From Verrucomicrobiota bacterium (GTDB lineage: Bacteria; Verrucomicrobiota; Verrucomicrobiia; Opitutales; Coraliomargaritaceae): DNA of 64,000 bases. Positions 62,136 through 64,000 of the stretch are shown one piece after another; position 1 is the first letter of the stretch, and the number at the start of each line of letters is the position of its first letter. The notes beneath the pieces were generated by a model. It did not search any database. It saw only the letters and a list, made by a program, of their open reading frames with translations, and had not been told where the DNA came from. The position numbers and the translations under genes are program-made. The stretch spans positions 207,920 through 271,919 of the forward strand of contig JBCBZJ010000002.1 in NCBI GenBank assembly GCA_039815375.1, read 5' to 3'.

Positions 62136-64000
62136 ATGATTTCTTTGAGCCATTATCGTTCATTCCGTTTGGCGGCGGGACTTTTTGCCCTTTGCGCGGC
62201 GAGCCACTGCGTCAGCGGTGAGAACGCTCCGGTTGCCTTGCCCTATGAATCGGACTTCGAGTCCGCTGACGGTTACGTGAGCGGTCCTGTGTTGTCGGAT
62301 CCGGACTGGAATCTGGATTCGGATCTGAGTGCGGAGATCCTTCCCTTCGGTGCACTGGGCAGCCAGTCTCTGAGTTTTACCGGTAATCAGTGGCTCTGGC
62401 TGAACAGCGGCGGTCTGGCCGATGGTGCAATCACCTGGATCGATTTTTACCTGAAGCCTGTTTTCGTGGAATCCTTCGACCTTCCGGTGGAGATCGGATC
62501 GGGTCAGAGTGCGGTGACCGGCTTCGTGAAGGTCGATCCTGCCGAAGGTGAGGTGTATGCGGTCGACGGTGACGGTCTGGGCAGCGGTCAGTGGCTGCCC
62601 TCGGGCGGGCGGACGTCGCTCTTTGGGAATACCTCGCAGGGCTGGGTTCGTTTGACCTACCGTCTGGATTATGCGGGCAAGCGCTGGGACCTGTTTGTCG
62701 ACGGTCAGATGGCGATGACGGACCTGGGTTTTCTGGACAATACGGTGGTGAAGCTGACTGAATTTGCCGCCCGCGGTGACGCCGATGACACCTCGGTTCT
62801 GGATTACTTTTATGCCGGAGGGGGCAATCCGCTCTACGAGGACACGTCCAACGACGGTTTGCCCGACGTCTGGCTGCTTGCGCAGGGTCTGGATGTACTG
62901 GTCAACCAGCGGGGCGGGGACGGTGATGGTGACGGTCTGGACAATCTGACCGAGTATAAGCTGTCGACGCGTGCGGACCTCTCCGACACCGACGGGGACG
63001 GCGCCGATGACGGTGCCGAGCTTGCCGCCGGGATCGATCCGAACGATCCGGACACGGACGATGACGGCGCGCAGGACGGAGCGGAGCTGACGCTGGGGAT
63101 CGACCCTCTTGATCCGGATACAGACTTTGACGGGGCGCAGGACGGCCCTGAAATTACCAATGGGACCGATCCTCTGCTGTTTGACACCGACGGGGACGGT
63201 CTGGCCGATTCGCTGGAGCCGGTCTGGGCTCTGGACCCACTGGCCGCGGACGCATCTTTGGCCAACCTGACCGAGACCGCATCGGGTTCGGGTATCTTTG
63301 CCTGGAATCAAAGCCTCGAGACAGGAGAAGGCTTTGTGGATGGGCCCCTGAGCGGCCAGCAGGGCTGGTCGGCCCTGGGCGATGTGGTGGTTGCTGCCGG
63401 GCAGGTGGATATGACGGACTCGCTGACGGGGGACGCCTCCTTCGAGCGCCTGGCCGGGACCGGTGAAACACGCCGGATCTGGATCAGTTTTCGGGCCAGG
63501 CTTCCGGCTGGTGAATTACCTGAGCTGACAACACTTACGGAGCCTGCCGTGGCGGTGTGGGGGGCGGGTAACCCCTACAGTCTCTCGGTTTGGGATGAGG
63601 CATCCCAGCAGTGGGCTGCTTACGACTGCCCTGCCGATGTGACTGAGTGGAACGACTACGCCCTCTATCTGGATTACGTGGCGCAGGAGTGGCTGCTCAC
63701 TCAGAACGGTGTGCTGATTGCAGGCGAGTTGCCTTTCCGTGACGACGACCTGATCGTCTTCTCCCGCTTCAAGGCCCTGCAGGGCAGCGTCCCGGGAGGC
63801 GATCCCGCTGCCGAGCGAGCGGTGGCTTCGTTCGATGACTTTGTCTTCTCCACGGCCGAGCCGGAAGGCCTTGATTACGACGGCGACGGCCTGGCGAACA
63901 CGACCGAGAGCCAGCTCGGTTCCGACCCCCTCGCCACCGACAGCGACGGGGACGGTATCGACGACGGCTATGAATACCTCCACGGACTCGACCTGCTCGC
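62136..64000 (+). CDS. large secreted protein with bacterial TSP3-like Ca-binding repeats and beta-sandwich domains (partial; runs off window)
   Basis: SD AAGGAG, ATG at 62136, signal peptide, open frame to the window end, DxDxDG..D..E...G.DP repeats. Absent from the track because no stop lies in the window. Confidence 0.85.
   Translation, partial: MISLSHYRSFRLAAGLFALCAASHCVSGENAPVALPYESDFESADGYVSGPVLSDPDWNLDSDLSAEILPFGALGSQSLSFTGNQWLWLNSGGLADGAITWIDFYLKPVFVESFDLPVEIGSGQSAVTGFVKVDPAEGEVYAVDGDGLGSGQWLPSGGRTSLFGNTSQGWVRLTYRLDYAGKRWDLFVDGQMAMTDLGFLDNTVVKLTEFAARGDADDTSVLDYFYAGGGNPLYEDTSNDGLPDVWLLAQGLDVLVNQRGGDGDGDGLDNLTEYKLSTRADLSDTDGDGADDGAELAAGIDPNDPDTDDDGAQDGAELTLGIDPLDPDTDFDGAQDGPEITNGTDPLLFDTDGDGLADSLEPVWALDPLAADASLANLTETASGSGIFAWNQSLETGEGFVDGPLSGQQGWSALGDVVVAAGQVDMTDSLTGDASFERLAGTGETRRIWISFRARLPAGELPELTTLTEPAVAVWGAGNPYSLSVWDEASQQWAAYDCPADVTEWNDYALYLDYVAQEWLLTQNGVLIAGELPFRDDDLIVFSRFKALQGSVPGGDPAAERAVASFDDFVFSTAEPEGLDYDGDGLANTTESQLGSDPLATDSDGDGIDDGYEYLHGLDLL
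62919..63248 (+). repeat. five 66-bp (22-aa) coding tandem repeats
   Basis: D(G/T)DxDG units begin at 62919, 62985, 63051, 63117 and 63183. Confidence 0.8.

Noticed and set aside
62919..63248. CRISPR-like periodicity of 66 bp
   Set aside because: In-frame, codon-degenerate protein repeats with no constant repeat/unique spacer structure and no cas genes.

Overview
Bacterial chromosomal window, probably a Verrucomicrobiota (Opitutales/Puniceicoccaceae-like) organism; this is inferred from the PEP-CTERM protein, dapL, cbiR and gene style, not from a database search. A housekeeping backbone (pgi, ilvD, scpB, pheA, panD/panC/panE, dapL, nadB, glmS, glgC, lgt, parB) carries four accessory blocks. 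(1) 6958-17829: a divergent seven-gene locus. One arm encodes a LuxD-like acyl-thioesterase fused to a SAM methyltransferase, translationally coupled to a multi-TM histidine kinase and two more signalling proteins; the other arm encodes a kinase, a FadL-type channel and an AlkB-type oxygenase. It is the best candidate for an undescribed system: a fatty-acid methyl-ester-like make/sense/import/turn-over signalling circuit. (2) 18.5-37 kb: a B12 salvage/remodelling island with two structurally different cobalamin riboswitches, an exported CobN-like (de)chelatase with an ExbBD-like pair, btuBFDC, cbiR-cobU-cobT-cobS, a cobQ interrupted by one in-frame TAA, bluB, cobD, cbiB and cobA. (3) About 55.1-55.96 kb: an orphan integron-cassette remnant (RNase H gene plus degenerate attC). 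(4) 56-64 kb: a YHYH-sulfatase fusion, an MbnP-MbnH fusion and a GC-rich TSP3-repeat gene that runs off the window. Several small ORFs missing from the ORF track were read by hand. All family calls come from motif recognition by eye.
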